DNA of 64,000 nucleotides from Oikopleura dioica (GCA_907165135.1 OU015567.1:7254001-7318000); one strand, 5' to 3'; shown: positions 39,054 to 53,748, counted from the first letter of the stretch. Notes: generated by a model from the sequence alone, not told the origin. Program-made: numbers and translations.

Positions 39054-39933
39054 TCAGCCGCAGCACCCTCGGCAACCACAATGAACGCATTCAACGACCT
39101 AAAGAACATCAATTTCGGCTCTCTTTTTTTTCGCTCGATTCTACCTTTCCCTCCTCAAGTTTTGATTTAGGAACGCGGCAGACGCAAGTGGTCCCGAAGT
39201 TGGTATCCCTCGTTTGAATGCATCTGAGACAGCAGAGATTCTCGTATCCTTGCTTCTTCCACTTGGCGATCAAATTCGCGTCAGCAACTCCTTCTCGAAG
39301 GCACCAGTCGTACAACTCGCGCTACAAATTCGAAAATTGAAAACCTGTTCGTTTTGGGATAGAATTATAAGTACCTTCTTTTGGCGTTTATATATGCATG
39401 GAAAGACGGTGGCTTACCGAAATGGCCTTTCGCTTGTAGAAAAGGTCAAAAATGTAGCGCGATCGCTGATGGTGGATCTTGAAGACGGGCCAGAGTGATT
39501 CTACCTTTTGAAGGGTTACGAATTTGGCCAAAAGTGAGAAGCGGAGCAATGAGCGGTTTTGAGCAAATACTAAAAATTCTTCCGCTCATTTTCCGCTCAA
39601 AGTTCGTAACCATTCCTTTCGCTTGCCTTCATGAGACTCGTTCTCCGCTTCTTTCATCTTGATCGTAAGTTCCTCAAAGCATCGATTTTTAATTTTAGAC
39701 TAGCTTATTTCAATTTAAATAGACCAACGAACATAAATCCACTTAAGAAGAGTATCCGACGAGTAAATGAAATTAATCCCGAAGCGATTTCAATTAGCTT
39801 GATTAGGAAAGATTGAAAAGGATAATCAGAAGTGCACCGATCTTCGTTGGACATAAAGCCTTACATTCAGTGTTTCTTCAATCAGCTCGTAGCCCTCAGG
39901 CGCTTTCTTGCGAGTTCGACGGATTTTTGGCAT
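39054..39933 (-). CDS. BUD31: BUD31/G10 splicing factor
   Basis: [84 protein letters not shown]. Confidence 0.97.
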
Positions 39934-40147
39934 TCTGAAAAGGTGAAATTATTAGTTCTTCTTTTAAATATTCAATAAAAAAGCGAAATTTCTTAGTAAA
40001 AGTCTTTTTTTTCAATAACGAATTGATATTATCATGACACTGTCAAAAATATCCTCAGAAGCTTTCTCTTGCAAATTTTTCTTTCTAAAGAAGTAGCTCA
40101 GGAATAAAATATTCTCGTGGAAAAAAGAAAGACGGATTTTGAAGGCA

Positions 40148-40225
40148 GGTGCGCGCGAAAAGAAAATAATTCTCGATCTTGATTGGCTAAACCGCGCATT
40201 CGAGCGCGCGATTCAATTTTGAATC
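40148..40225 (-). promoter_or_regulatory. Probable BUD31 promoter (E2F-like TTTTCGCGC, CCAAT)
   Basis: The minus strand reads agccaatc and ttttcgcgcgc about 220-260 nt upstream of the ATG. Confidence 0.35.
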
Positions 40226-40322
40226 AATTTCTTACCAGACCGAGAGAACAATCGGATTTTCCGAAGATACATTTATTTTACAGATAACAGATAACAGAAC
40301 TCTCAGAATTGAGTTAAAATTT

Positions 40323-41411
40323 TTAAATGTCGTCAATTTCAAGCACAGCTTTGATTTTTACCCTCAGATTGTTGATTTTTCCTCGAAAATGAATCGCCAA
40401 ATTGGGTTTGTGCTCGATTCCCACGCAAGCTTTGATCCTCAGCACTCCTGTAAAGACTGCATCTTCTATGGGGATGTAGATGATCTCTTCCGAAGTCGAA
40501 GCAGCTTCGGAAATGGCCAGCGCCGCTTCCCAATATATAACGTAGCGGCTCCGTAAATGTACTTTGGCCACTTCCAGTACGGCCACTTTTCGTGCTCCAC
40601 GAAGATTCCCTTCAAAACTCAATCAAGGGCTTCTATTTCAATTAAGGGTGTACCTTTCTATTTGCCCATCCGCTGTGGACGTCCATTCTTGGCAAAACTG
40701 CTCCCCAAATTGCTCGTTGTTCATTTTTATCGAGAATTTCCATCATTGCAGCTAAAGTACAGTGGTCAACGATGAATTAAAAGACTGAACATACCCGGGT
40801 CTGACCAAACATCATCATCTTGAATCATAAAGAATTCCGGCTCCTCGCAACTCTCAAAGTATTCATACGCCGATTTCGTCTTGAGCACCAAGTTCTCATA
40901 GCAATCCTTGAAATCTCCAATGATGATGTCTTCCTCATCCTCAAGCTCGATCTCCGTCCTGCCAAGAATGAAGAAAACACTGTATAAATCTCGTTTCGGA
41001 AGTCGATGAAAATAGAAACGGAGAAGATTTCGAAATTCCAAGTTTTTCGGAGCGGAGTTGATGATGATCAAAAATTTGGAGGTGGGACATTTTGGCTTCT
41101 TCAAAAAACCAAGGGTGAGTTTTCTGCTTTGTCGCCAACTTGGTGGCAACACTAGAAGAAAAATCATTCATCTCCCAAGGACGAGAAATTACCTTGAGGA
41201 TCGCAAACTCCATTTTCAAAAGTAAAAGAATTCGGCCCTATTCCCGGCGGAACTTCCCAGGGTTTGATGAAACTTGGATTCTTGAAATTTCTCTTGTAGG
41301 AAAAATCTTCAAAAATCTTATTCAAAAAGCTTCGCTCTTGTAAATATTTAAGAGCAGAATGAATAAGAAAATGATAATAAAAATAGCTAAAAAGCTAGAA
41401 TTTGTATTCAT
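40323..41411 (-). CDS. Beta-1,3-galactosyltransferase-like (GT31)
   Basis: N-terminal TM, LIIINSAPKNLEFRNLLR, VFFILG, DIIIGDFKDCYENLVLKT, QDDD, and EDAVFTG. Two homopolymer frameshifts (about 41325 and 40530). Confidence 0.85.
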
Positions 41412-41660
41412 TTCAAATCAGCTTTCAATTGAACTCCATTTCGTCATCAAAACCCGGTGATAAAAAGTTTTTCGTCCATTGTACAAAGTAATTATTGTCA
41501 ATCATCATCAACTCTCTTTTCTTCAAAAATAAGAAAATCTAAGGCCTGTATTTTTCATTGATATTTATTGAATAAATAATTTCGCAAAAAGATATGCTGG
41601 GCATTATTTTCAGGCAGTAAAGTTTCTAAAAATTCAAAATAAAACTAATTTTTTCATCCT

Positions 41661-44156
41661 TCAGAGATCAACAGCTTTTGCTTTGTAGAGAACGTTGAGA
41701 AGGAGGTCGTCGTGAAACGCGAATTTCTTCGCGGTCGGATGCACGATCCGTTCGACGAAGACGTTTCGCGACCAGGACGATGGTGTTGCGCGCTACCAGG
41801 GGATTATGTTATTGCGTTTTAAGTACTCATTCAGATTGAAAAGCTGTGTTTATGAACTTGATTATTCAAAGGACCGAATTATTATTATAATTTGAATAAT
41901 CATAATCCGCACCAGAAAGGCAGTACTCCTGACGCAAATCTCTTGTTCCGACGTCGAGATAATATCGTGTTCTGAGAATTTTTCGCAACTTAGCGAGTAG
42001 ACAAATGGAAACAAATCCTCGGAAGACCAAACTGGAAAGTCCGCTCCAAGTCGCTCTTTTACCATCTTTTTCATTCCGTCTCGAATTTGCTCTTCTGACA
42101 GGGGAACTGCCACGTAAACGGCTTGAATTTTATGCCTAGAAACTTGGCTGCGGCGGGAAAGGGGATGAAGAAGTTACCTAAGAACCTGGTCTTCGAGGTA
42201 GTCGACAAAATGCTTCAAAGCAGTTGGTACGTCCTCCATGATTTCTTTTACTTTTTGGCATGTTTTGTTGTCCTCCTGAAATAATTCAAACTAGAGGTTT
42301 TGACGGACAAACAAAGCTTTTGAATCCTTTTTTTTCTGAAAATATTTGGAAGGCTATAATCACGTTAGGCGCCTTTCACGAGAACCGAGTGTTTTTCTAC
42401 AGCAGAATTGACGCTTACAGTAAACAATAAACCCACTAGATAAAGCTTTCAGGGTGTGAAAGCTAAGACAGTACCTTTTCTTTACAGTGCTTCATCCAAT
42501 CATCAGTATCGAATCTGTAATGCACTGCAATGAATCGTTTTCCACCGACAATTTTCTCCATGAATCTGTCAATCATCTTGACGATAAATGGTGGTCTTCT
42601 AGTGCTTTGCATCATGTGTTTTAAGAACTGAAGATCTTCCGGGTTCTTGAGCGCTTTATTCGCGTTTCCGTTCCAAGCAGCGTGGAGGTAATTCGTGAAG
42701 TCGTTGAATTGAACGTAGGGAAAGACCCAGACCACGCAGCGAGCATCCTGGACGGGGTAGAGGGAGTGGATGTGCTCGTTTCCGTCCAACGCCAGATTTG
42801 AAGTCATTTTGCCGTTGAAGTCCTTTGGAAAGGTAGGAATGCCATCTCTCGGCCCGCAATTCGCGTCAAGAAAGGGATAGAGCCCTGTGAATTCTCTAAA
42901 GATCTCAAGCCGATCTGCAAGGTGAGATGAGCAAGCCGCCCGGGCATAGAGAACTGCATCGATGTGTCCAGCGCACTTCTCCTGAATTTCTGACATCTCG
43001 CAGGTCGTCGTCAAAGACCGCAGTGAACCCAGGTCAAGGCGCAATTCAGGCGGCACGAAAACGTTTCCGCCTTGAATACTCTTTCCCTCGGTTATCAATC
43101 TTAGTACAAATGATAGCTTTTATTAGAGGTTTTCCGACCAATCAGAATCGAATATGGTTTTGTGAGAGACCAAATTACTTAGTCTCCTTAATTATTTTAT
43201 CATGTGACCCAAGATAGCCTTACATCATTTGCAACTTGTAAGCGAACCGAGCCTTATCAGAATGATGTTTGAAGAAGGGAGGCACGCAAATTGTTCTGAA
43301 AAAAGTCTATTATTTTCTCTCCATTTCAGTCGCTCATTTTTTACCTGTTCATCTTTCTTGCTAAAATGAGGGCTTCTCTGAATCCACGCATTTGATTATT
43401 TGGTCCCCATGCCAAAACCGGAATTAGAAATTTCTCGGGGCTAGAAATTATTTGCATATTTAGAAGTATTAACGAAAGACTTGATTTACTTCGTATGAAA
43501 TCGAGGGACGATCCCATTTTTTCGAGGATTGTCAATTTGGCATTCTCGCCGTTGCAAATGGTCCTCGATCAATTTGTTCTCCAAGAACTTTTCCGCAGAT
43601 TCCGGCACTTCTTCTTCTTTGATTAATCCTTCGTCAGCCTCGACCAATTCATCCAAATGAAGGATCTCTTCTTCTTTCAGAATATTGTCGAAGTAATGAG
43701 CGACTGAAAACGATATTATTGGATTTAACTAACAATTTGTCTTTCTTAAAACTAAGGTTACGATTTCGCATTTTAAAGGGCATTTCGAATGAAGGGTCTG
43801 TTTTGGGTGATAATATATCATTCCGAAGATACGAAGCTAGAATTCGAATTCTTGAGATTAGGAAATTCAATTTCCACGGGAAAACTGGAGAAAACTGGAT
43901 CGTTTGAAAATTATTTTGATAAAAGTTTGGACGTGGCGGCGCGGGGGTTTCTAACGTGGTTAAATGGCGCTCAGAGGTTAAGGCTAACGTTCCATGCGCA
44001 TACCCTCGCGGGCCTTATCGTAATTTATCCGATTACTCTTTCTTGTCGCTACTCACAGCCTCGGACAGAATAGTCCACGTTATTAATCTGAGTTAGCAGC
44101 CAAAGACCAAGAATAATCCAAATACAGAAGACGGCAGCGCCAGAAATAGCTTCCAT
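41661..44156 (-). CDS. GDP-fucose O-fucosyltransferase family (O-FucT/POFUT-like)
   Basis: N-terminal TM, WGPNNQMRGFREALILARKMNR|TICVPPF, FIAVHYR, and EQEICVRSTAF..SSWS. Confidence 0.8.
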
Positions 44157-44550
44157 TTTTCCTTTCTGGCTTCTTCTACTACTTCTCTATCATTTTTTCT
44201 TCGCTAAAAAAGATAATTCTTTGGATTTAAGAAAAGCCAAAAAACTGGAAACTCTGTTTTGGGGACCCTTTCTTTTGATGAGAGTCAAACTATAACGTTC
44301 CGCTGAATCTGCCCGCGGCACTCTGCTTTCTACCGCAGTAAATAACTTTTGAAGAGCTTAATTCGGCTTTATTTGCCCCAATTACAGTATTCCGTCGTTC
44401 AGTCTGACCGTAATCAGTGCGATATGACCACCTGTAGTTTTTGTTTGATGCCGAGAATTTATTCCACAATTTTTCGTGTTTCCACGATGTCTTTAATTTT
44501 ATTCTATTCTTTGAGAGGTGCAAGAGTTATTCAGGCAGAGGAGGCAATAA

Positions 44551-47452
44551 TCAAACGTCAGAATCTCCAGTAGTTATCTGCTGTTCTTCCGTTTCTTGGG
44601 CGAAATTCTTCGGCAGCTCGTCATGATCTTCTTGTTGCTCCATTTGTTCTAATTTCTTTTCGATTGTAGCTTTGCGTCGCAATGTCTGAAAAAGATAAAT
44701 TGGTCATTTGACCTTGGCTTTTTCGAGCTTACTCTTTTTTGGTCCTCGTCGATTTGGTAAAGAACGTATCCAGCATAAACCGAAACAGACTCGACATCGA
44801 TCGCCATGAGCTCGGAAATATGCCCTTCATAACTTTTGATTAGGCTTCGATATCCAGAGTCCTAGAAAGCATTAAACAACAGAAGCTCACCACCAATCTT
44901 ACTTGGGACAACTCTGCCAGGGCTCCAAGAGCTTCGCGTTTACAATTGAGCGAAGGGGCAAGAGCGAATTGCACAAGAGTTTTGACAACTCCGCTTGGAT
45001 CGTTGTTCATGAGCAGCTTTCGTTGCTTGTCATCCTTGCACAAGACATGGATCGCGCTGAGAGAAGCCTCAATGACATCGTCGATTTCGAACTGCTCGTA
45101 TCCCTTTGCAACGGATAGTTCGGTCATCAGCGAGTAGATTTGAGTAATCACTTTCAGATCGTACATTTTGTTTCGACAGCGTTTGTTGAGAGAGAGGTTT
45201 CGGACGAGTCTGAGGGCTGCTCGTTTGTAGGTGACATCTTGTTCGTCTGGCTGTTCATGGGTTAAAAAATTAGTCATTTTTTTACTGGAAAAAGAGTCTT
45301 TCAACCCGTAGCTCGGGAAAATTCTTGAGCGCGGAATGAAGTTCAGCAATGACATGGCGGTCGGCAATTTGATCTCGTGCCTTTTCAGCACATGGGTTTC
45401 TGGAGGTCAGATGTCGAAGCGTACAGATCGCGGGCTCTTTCGTGCTCAGGGAATCAGATGCTCTGTGATTTGGAATTAGGAGTATGTTTTAGCAAGGATT
45501 TCTTACTCTAAGATACAGGCGGAAAGTGATCGAACACCGTTGTTTTCCACGACGTAAGCCTTGTTTTTCTCAGAGTTGCAAGTCAAGTTGCAGAGGATGC
45601 CACCGGCGATGTGCCTCAAGCTGTCCACAACGTTAGAATCGCCACTGATGATCAAGAGGCAATCAGAGATGAGTCTGTGAATAACTTTGGAATCGTCATC
45701 GATTCTATCCGACAAATTTCGAATTGTCCACAGGATTGATTCCTTTATGTCTTCGCTCGCTTTGGGATCGTCAAACGCGGTGATCAAGCTGTTAACTGCA
45801 TCCAAGCTAAGAATTTCTCGCTGAAAATCGAAAATCACTCACTATAAAAAATATTTTCTCCCACCTTCAGACCAGAGTAAGCGCTGAGGGAGCAAAGAGT
45901 TCTAGAGGCGGCGTATCGAAGTTTTTCATAAGTCGAAGATTTCACCGCATCAATAATGAAGCCGATGCAATTCATTTCCGAAACAATCACCTTTGAGCCC
46001 ACATCTCCCATGCACAGCTGCTCCAGCGAGGCACAAACGATCGCGTGCACCTTATCTTTGAAAGGTCGATTTTCTAAAAGAGATTTTTACTACAGGAAAT
46101 GTTGAATATAAAAGCTGAAACCTTTGGGGCTAATCAGAGCGGACATCCGTTTGACTCCGCCAGCGAGACGAATTGCTCCCGCCACTTCGTCTTTATTGTA
46201 TGAGATGAGGTTGTAAAGCGTCGATAGGGCATATTTGACGATGGTGTCTTTTGGATGGCCGAGCATTCGAACCAGCGCTTGGATGGTGTGACCCTGAAAA
46301 TAAACTAAATGCAGCCGGCATTTTTGACCAGATGTTCTCGGCAGGTAATGCTTCCCGCCGAGATGGCGTTTCTCTGCCGCCACCAGTTGGACTTCTAAGT
46401 CGATATAATCTCCCAATGTTAATCCTTCACCATTATTAAAATGATTACTTCTAGTACTGAATTTTGCATATATCGACGAGAATTTGAATTCAGAATATGT
46501 ACTACACAGTGTAGTCTACACTTCTTTAAAATGAAACTGTAACTATATTCGCAATGCAAGAGAAGCAACCTGTTAAAACCAATAAATTATTTTTTGAATA
46601 GAAACTATGAATTGGTACCTTGAACATAGCCATTCGGCCTTTGGGTTCTTCACTAAGGATTGCCATCGTACCAAGAACAGCCTTTTTAGTTTCATCGTGC
46701 GTCTTTGTATTCGTGTCTATCAAAAAAAAACTGTTTACTTAGGAAAGCTTTCATTTGAAATTACCTTGAAGAAAATGGGAAAAGGCGGGCATAAGGTCTT
46801 TTGAATCAATGAGAGCATACTTCGGCGCTGCTTTCTTCGCGAGTGAAAGGATGGACGAAGCGCCATTGTGAGCCTGGTTCGGATCGGAGGAGTTCAACAG
46901 CCCTATCAACTGCGGCAGAACGGAAAGAGTCACTACAATTTTATCGTCAAATAAATTGCTGGGAAAGAATAATTTCTGTCGCTTTAAAACTTACCTAGTG
47001 CATCGTCTTTGAAATGGAGGAGATGGATCACGCCATCCATCAATTTTCGAACAGCTGGGGTGAGTTTGTCGACGTTTCTGTTTCGTCGATTACTGAAGGA
47101 TATTTTGGTCAAATTTTCTAGTGCTAGAATTTAAATCAAGCATTGACAATTAATGATTTTAGGAAAAACGAGCGATAAATTGATCGATGTTTTATTTAAA
47201 AATCAAATTAAAAATAAAAAAAGCTCTTCAAAATCATACCTTTTTGGAGCTGATGCATTTTCGTCTCCAATAACTGCTTGTTGGACCCTTTCTCCGATTC
47301 CACTAATTTCATCTGTCGGGAAAAACGATTCCCAATTCTACAAAAACCGATTTCTTTCTTGTTGATTTCGCGCTTTCTCTTACCAAAACTCCCAAATCCT
47401 TTTCATAATTAGGCTCTTCTCTGGCGATTTGTGTACTCTGAGTCCATGCCAT
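44551..47452 (-). CDS. CTNNB1: Divergent beta-catenin/plakoglobin paralog
   Basis: Colinear armadillo repeats: HFKDDAL..LPQLIGLLN, IQALVRMLGHP..YALSTLYNL..IRLAGGVKRM, YEKLRYAASRTL, LWTIRNLSD, GILCNLTCNSEKNK, EPAICTLRHLT. Confidence 0.88.
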
Positions 47453-47814
47453 TTTCCGGACAAATTATTTTTATGAATGATTCGCGAAAATACGACTTTC
47501 GCGAAAAAAATATGAAATCAGAGCCGTCTTTTACGAGTGAATGGCGATCACAAAAGAGCCCCCAAGTCAAGGAAAAAATGCGCGTACACGGCACTACGGC
47601 CATTCAGCAAGCCACGGAGCAAGTCACCATTGTGGGAGGGAATAATGGATTCACCAAAAAAGGCGACCATGAATCATTTATTGCCACCGTTAAAGCCAGT
47701 TCTTTTTATTCAAAACTCATCAAAAGTCGAGTTAGCAAATTTGGAGTTTATTTCAAATTCAGGGAGTTCAATGTCAGGAAAAGTCCATTCAGCGGGAAAA
47801 CAGTAATGGTGTTC

Positions 47815-48102
47815 TTACTGGAGCTCAGCGACGAATTCAGCGTAGACGTTGGCGTCGCACTTGCCTCCGACATCGCATTGGTCGCACATTTCTCCGTCGG
47901 CGAGGCACTTGGCGCAGGGAACGCAAGCCATGATGTCGGCTTCTAAAAAAGAAGGGGAACAGCTTTTTGGTTGCGTTTGGGTTTCGAACCTGGGTGTCGA
48001 GCTTGGAGCTCAGAAAGGCCCCGGCTCTGGAGGGCTTGATCTTCAGCCTTGCAGCTGGTGATGCAGCAGGTGATGCAGCAAGTGATGGAAAGTCCGGCGC
48101 AG
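47815..48102 (-). pseudogene. 5'-truncated inverted paralog of the Cys-rich peptide gene, with its own 3' UTR
   Basis: Reverse complement of 48304-48591 with 3 mismatches. Lacks the ATG and signal peptide. Followed by a different 3' flank containing AATAAA (about 47747-47752). Confidence 0.85.
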
Positions 48103-48147
48103 TTCGAGTTCATCGAGTCAGATAAAGTCGAAACTCAAAACGTAAAA

Positions 48148-48591
48148 ATGAAGGAAAGGACAAAATGAATAACATAAATGTTAAAACTTTAACTTTTCAA
48201 TAATTCATAATTCCTATCCTCTACAGATCATCGCCGCCCTCGTTGCCGCCATCTCCGCCTCTGCCTTGACCGGTGAGTTGGATACCAAGGCCGGTTGTGC
48301 TTGCTGCGCCGGACTTTCCATCACTTGCTGCATCACCTGCTGCATCACCAGCTGCAAGGCTGAAGATCAAGCCCTCCAGAGCCGGGGCCTTTCTGAGCTC
48401 CAAGCTCGACACCCAGGTTCGAAACCCAAACGCAACCAAAAAGCTGTTCCCCTTCTTTTTTAGAAGCCGACATCATGGCTTGCGTTCCCTGCGCCAAGTG
48501 CCTCGCCGACGGAGAAATGTGCGACGAGTGCGAAGTCGGAGGCAAGTGCGACGCCAACGTCTACGCTGAATTCGTCGCTGAGCTCCAGTAA
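48148..48591 (+). CDS. Small secreted cysteine-rich peptide precursor (about 107 aa, 3 exons)
   Basis: ATG AAG, GA-AG intron 48154-48226, then IIAALVAAISASALTGELDTKAGCACCAGLSITCCITCCITSCKAEDQALQSRGLSELQARHP, a GT-AG intron, and EADIMACVPCAKCLADGEMCDECEVGGKCDANVYAEFVAELQ*. C-ending codon bias resembles the actin gene. Confidence 0.8.
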
Positions 48592-48752
48592 TCTCAGTTC
48601 CGCCTTTTTCAGATTCAGTGATTCAATGATTAATAAAGTCCCATTCGTAAATCGGGTTGATAGTTATTGATGCCAGCGCGTACATAACAACAAGGGCAAC
48701 TGCGCAAATCAGGAAATCTTAAAATCCGCTTCGTAAATTATGTCTGAAAAGG

Positions 48753-49529
48753 TCAAACTCTTTGTAAATAAAAACATGATGAGCGGTTTCCTTCAATTCG
48801 AATGTCATCAAGCGGCCTTTGCTCTTGATCGCCTCGCCGTTGATTGAGCGGATTATTGGGAAGAAGCTGGCGCAATAGACGGATAAGTCGCCAGGTTAAT
48901 GTTTCGTTCTCTTTTTCCAAGTGTTCCTTGATGCGGCGCAACGCGGCCTGGCTTTCTTCAGAAACGCTTTCGCCGATATATTGGGTCAGCTTCACTTGAA
49001 CCGAGGGCTTTCCTTTCAGACCCAGCAACATGTTCGAGAGCTCTTTCTCTGACTCTAAAATAAGAATGGAAAAGTTATTGCGTAATCTATAAAAACCTTT
49101 CTTTTTAGAACATGAATTTTCTTCCAATCTGGAATCGGAATAGTTGACTGCGTATTTTGTGAAGACATCTTTGTATTCTTCGATAACCTTATCCATCTTT
49201 TTTGGAGTTATTTTATGATAGTGACACCCTTATTTTTCCTTTCTAAAAGACAGATTTTAAGTTAATGAATAAGGGTGTCACTTTGTTTTTAAAAAGTTTT
49301 TAAGAATTGATGATGCATAACTCTGCCTTTGAAATAATGCTATTGGATTGTTTTGGACTTGATTCTTGCATTTGTGGCGGTGGTGGTGTTCCAGCGCGCT
49401 CTGGAAAGGGAATAATTCTGCTGCTAAGTTAAACCGCAGAATGTGCCCGTACGACAGGACCGCAGCGGGAGAGAGTGATTACTTATTCCCCTAATCTGAT
49501 ACTCGCTGCTCAGTAGTTTCCTCGGCCAT
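48753..49529 (-). CDS. Hypothetical protein (multi-exon)
   Basis: ORF 48753-49196 plus probable upstream exons from an ATG at 49529. No recognised domain. Confidence 0.4.
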
Positions 49530-50524
49530 GTGTGAATTCGACATTTCGCACTTTTTTCAGAACTGGGCACCGCCAAATAAACAAGCCTAAAATGGGTTAA
49601 AAAATCGCAAACTAGAAAAAAAAAATAAGTAGCACCTTGGTACGAGAATTTGGCAATTTGAAATTAGGTCAATGAAAAATAACAATTGGATCTCTCTTGG
49701 AACATCTGTAAATGTGTGAATATCTGCAGCTTGTGTTCACTGATGATAAAAAAGGGTTGTTTCTCAGAATTGCTAAAACAGTGCCCCCTCGATTTCGTGA
49801 GAGAGAACATTGTTGATAATATTTTTGATATCCGCTTTATTCAACCCAGATTCTCCATAAAAGCAGTAATACTGTAACTGTCCAAATAGCCTAAGTAAGT
49901 TTATGTAATATTACGAATTTGCCGTTATAATGATATTGAGAACTTCTTATGCTTGTAAGCAGTACTAAATAATGACTTATTGATAAGAAGAGTACGCCCT
50001 TTTAGGTACAAATTGGAAAGCTGAACATGATTCATAGGGGACTGAAAAAATGCATATTTACAAAATGAATCTTCAAAAATAGAGTTTACGCAATCGTAAA
50101 ACGCAGGCTTCAAAAGGCAACTCATACAAGTGGCATTATTCATCAAAGACTATCTTAAAATTTCTACAGTTTTATTTTAAACATAAGCATTTTTGACCAA
50201 ATTTCACGCGAAAAAGCCGCGTGCGGCTTTCGAGTCAAAAAGTACTAAGATTTTTTATTCAAGTTCTATTATTAGTTTTATATTTATTTTCTTTATGAGA
50301 AAGCCTCAAAAAATATTATTTTATTTTTATCTTTTTATCGGAAAAAATCATCTAATCCGATTTTTTTTCCGCGAAATTTCGTGGCGCGCGGAGCATTTCT
50401 GCTTCGCTCAAAGATTTTTTTGTTTTCGATCTTGATTTTCGGCTTGACGATGGTGCTTGACCGGGCGGTTAAGGTCAGGGGCGATTTTTAACCGTCGACG
50501 ATTGAATTCGCGAATTCGGATTTG

Positions 50525-50600
50525 GCGATTGGGCGTTTCGGTGGCGCCCGCGCGGTCCGATTGGGCGCCACGCTTTCCAAATAAGGAAGTTTCTTTAAAA
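50525..50600 (+). promoter_or_regulatory. Actin promoter: two inverted CCAAT boxes, CArG box, TATA-like element
   Basis: gattggg at about 50527 and 50559, CCAAATAAGG (CC(A/T)6GG) at 50577-50586, tttaaaa at about 50594. Confidence 0.7.
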
Positions 50601-50721
50601 CTGGTGGAGACATCGAATACGAAGCAGACTCACTCACTCAACCAAGCGAGTCCCAAGAGAACACTCCTTCTCTACTTTTTTCTTTTTAACCCGTTTACCG
50701 ACAACACATAAATCCACCAAA

Positions 50722-53095
<2,374 letters not shown>

Positions 53096-53748
53096 GCAGC
53101 TTTTCGAAAACCCCGCGCCCTCGTCTTTATTTCCACGTGACACTATTCTTACATGTAATAATTCGACGCGCGTTAAAGTTAATATTAATTTGTTAATTAG
53201 TCGCATATTATTTTTTTCTCTATTCTTGTTCTACCACCTTGCACCACCTGTTGACTCCTATTTTTTTATTTTCGTGACGCTCAAAAACTCTCATGTAACT
53301 TCTTATCCCCTTCTTGAGGAAGAATGTTTATTAAACTGATTAATGAACATCGACTTTTTTGTTCTTGGCGGTATATTTAAAATTTCATCATTCCCAAAAA
53401 GGCAAAACTCTTAACCAATCAAAAAGCACCACCAAAAACACTAAAAAAGCAACAGCGCCACCGTCTGGCCGGGTTGACATTTGCGAGTCTTGTCAAAGAA
53501 TACTTCTCTTGGTAAAACAAAATCTGCACTATCTACCAATCAACAACCATTCAAGTTGAGCGAGCCCCTCCAAGGCCTGGCCCGAGGGGGGTGAGCGCGA
53601 ACTGTTGACAATGCACATTGCCAATCGACCGACTGCATGATAATTCTGCTTCATGTTAGACTTAATTCGGTTAAAATCATAATAATAAATAAAAATGCTC
53701 TGACAATTCCATCACTCTCTTAAATTTTCTTCGCAGGGCAGGTGTTTA

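Noticed and set aside
20155-41330. Frameshifts in the sulfotransferase (about 20160), SPATA1-like (about 25358), LRR (about 37300) and GT31 (about 40530 and 41325) genes read as pseudogenes or programmed frameshifting
   Set aside because: All five are plus or minus 1 nt in homopolymer runs with intact coding sequence on both sides, which is the signature of long-read consensus error. Short-read polishing would settle it.
49620-50146. Possible further minus-strand gene upstream of 49529
   Set aside because: Only short ORF fragments with no recognisable motif, which is insufficient support.
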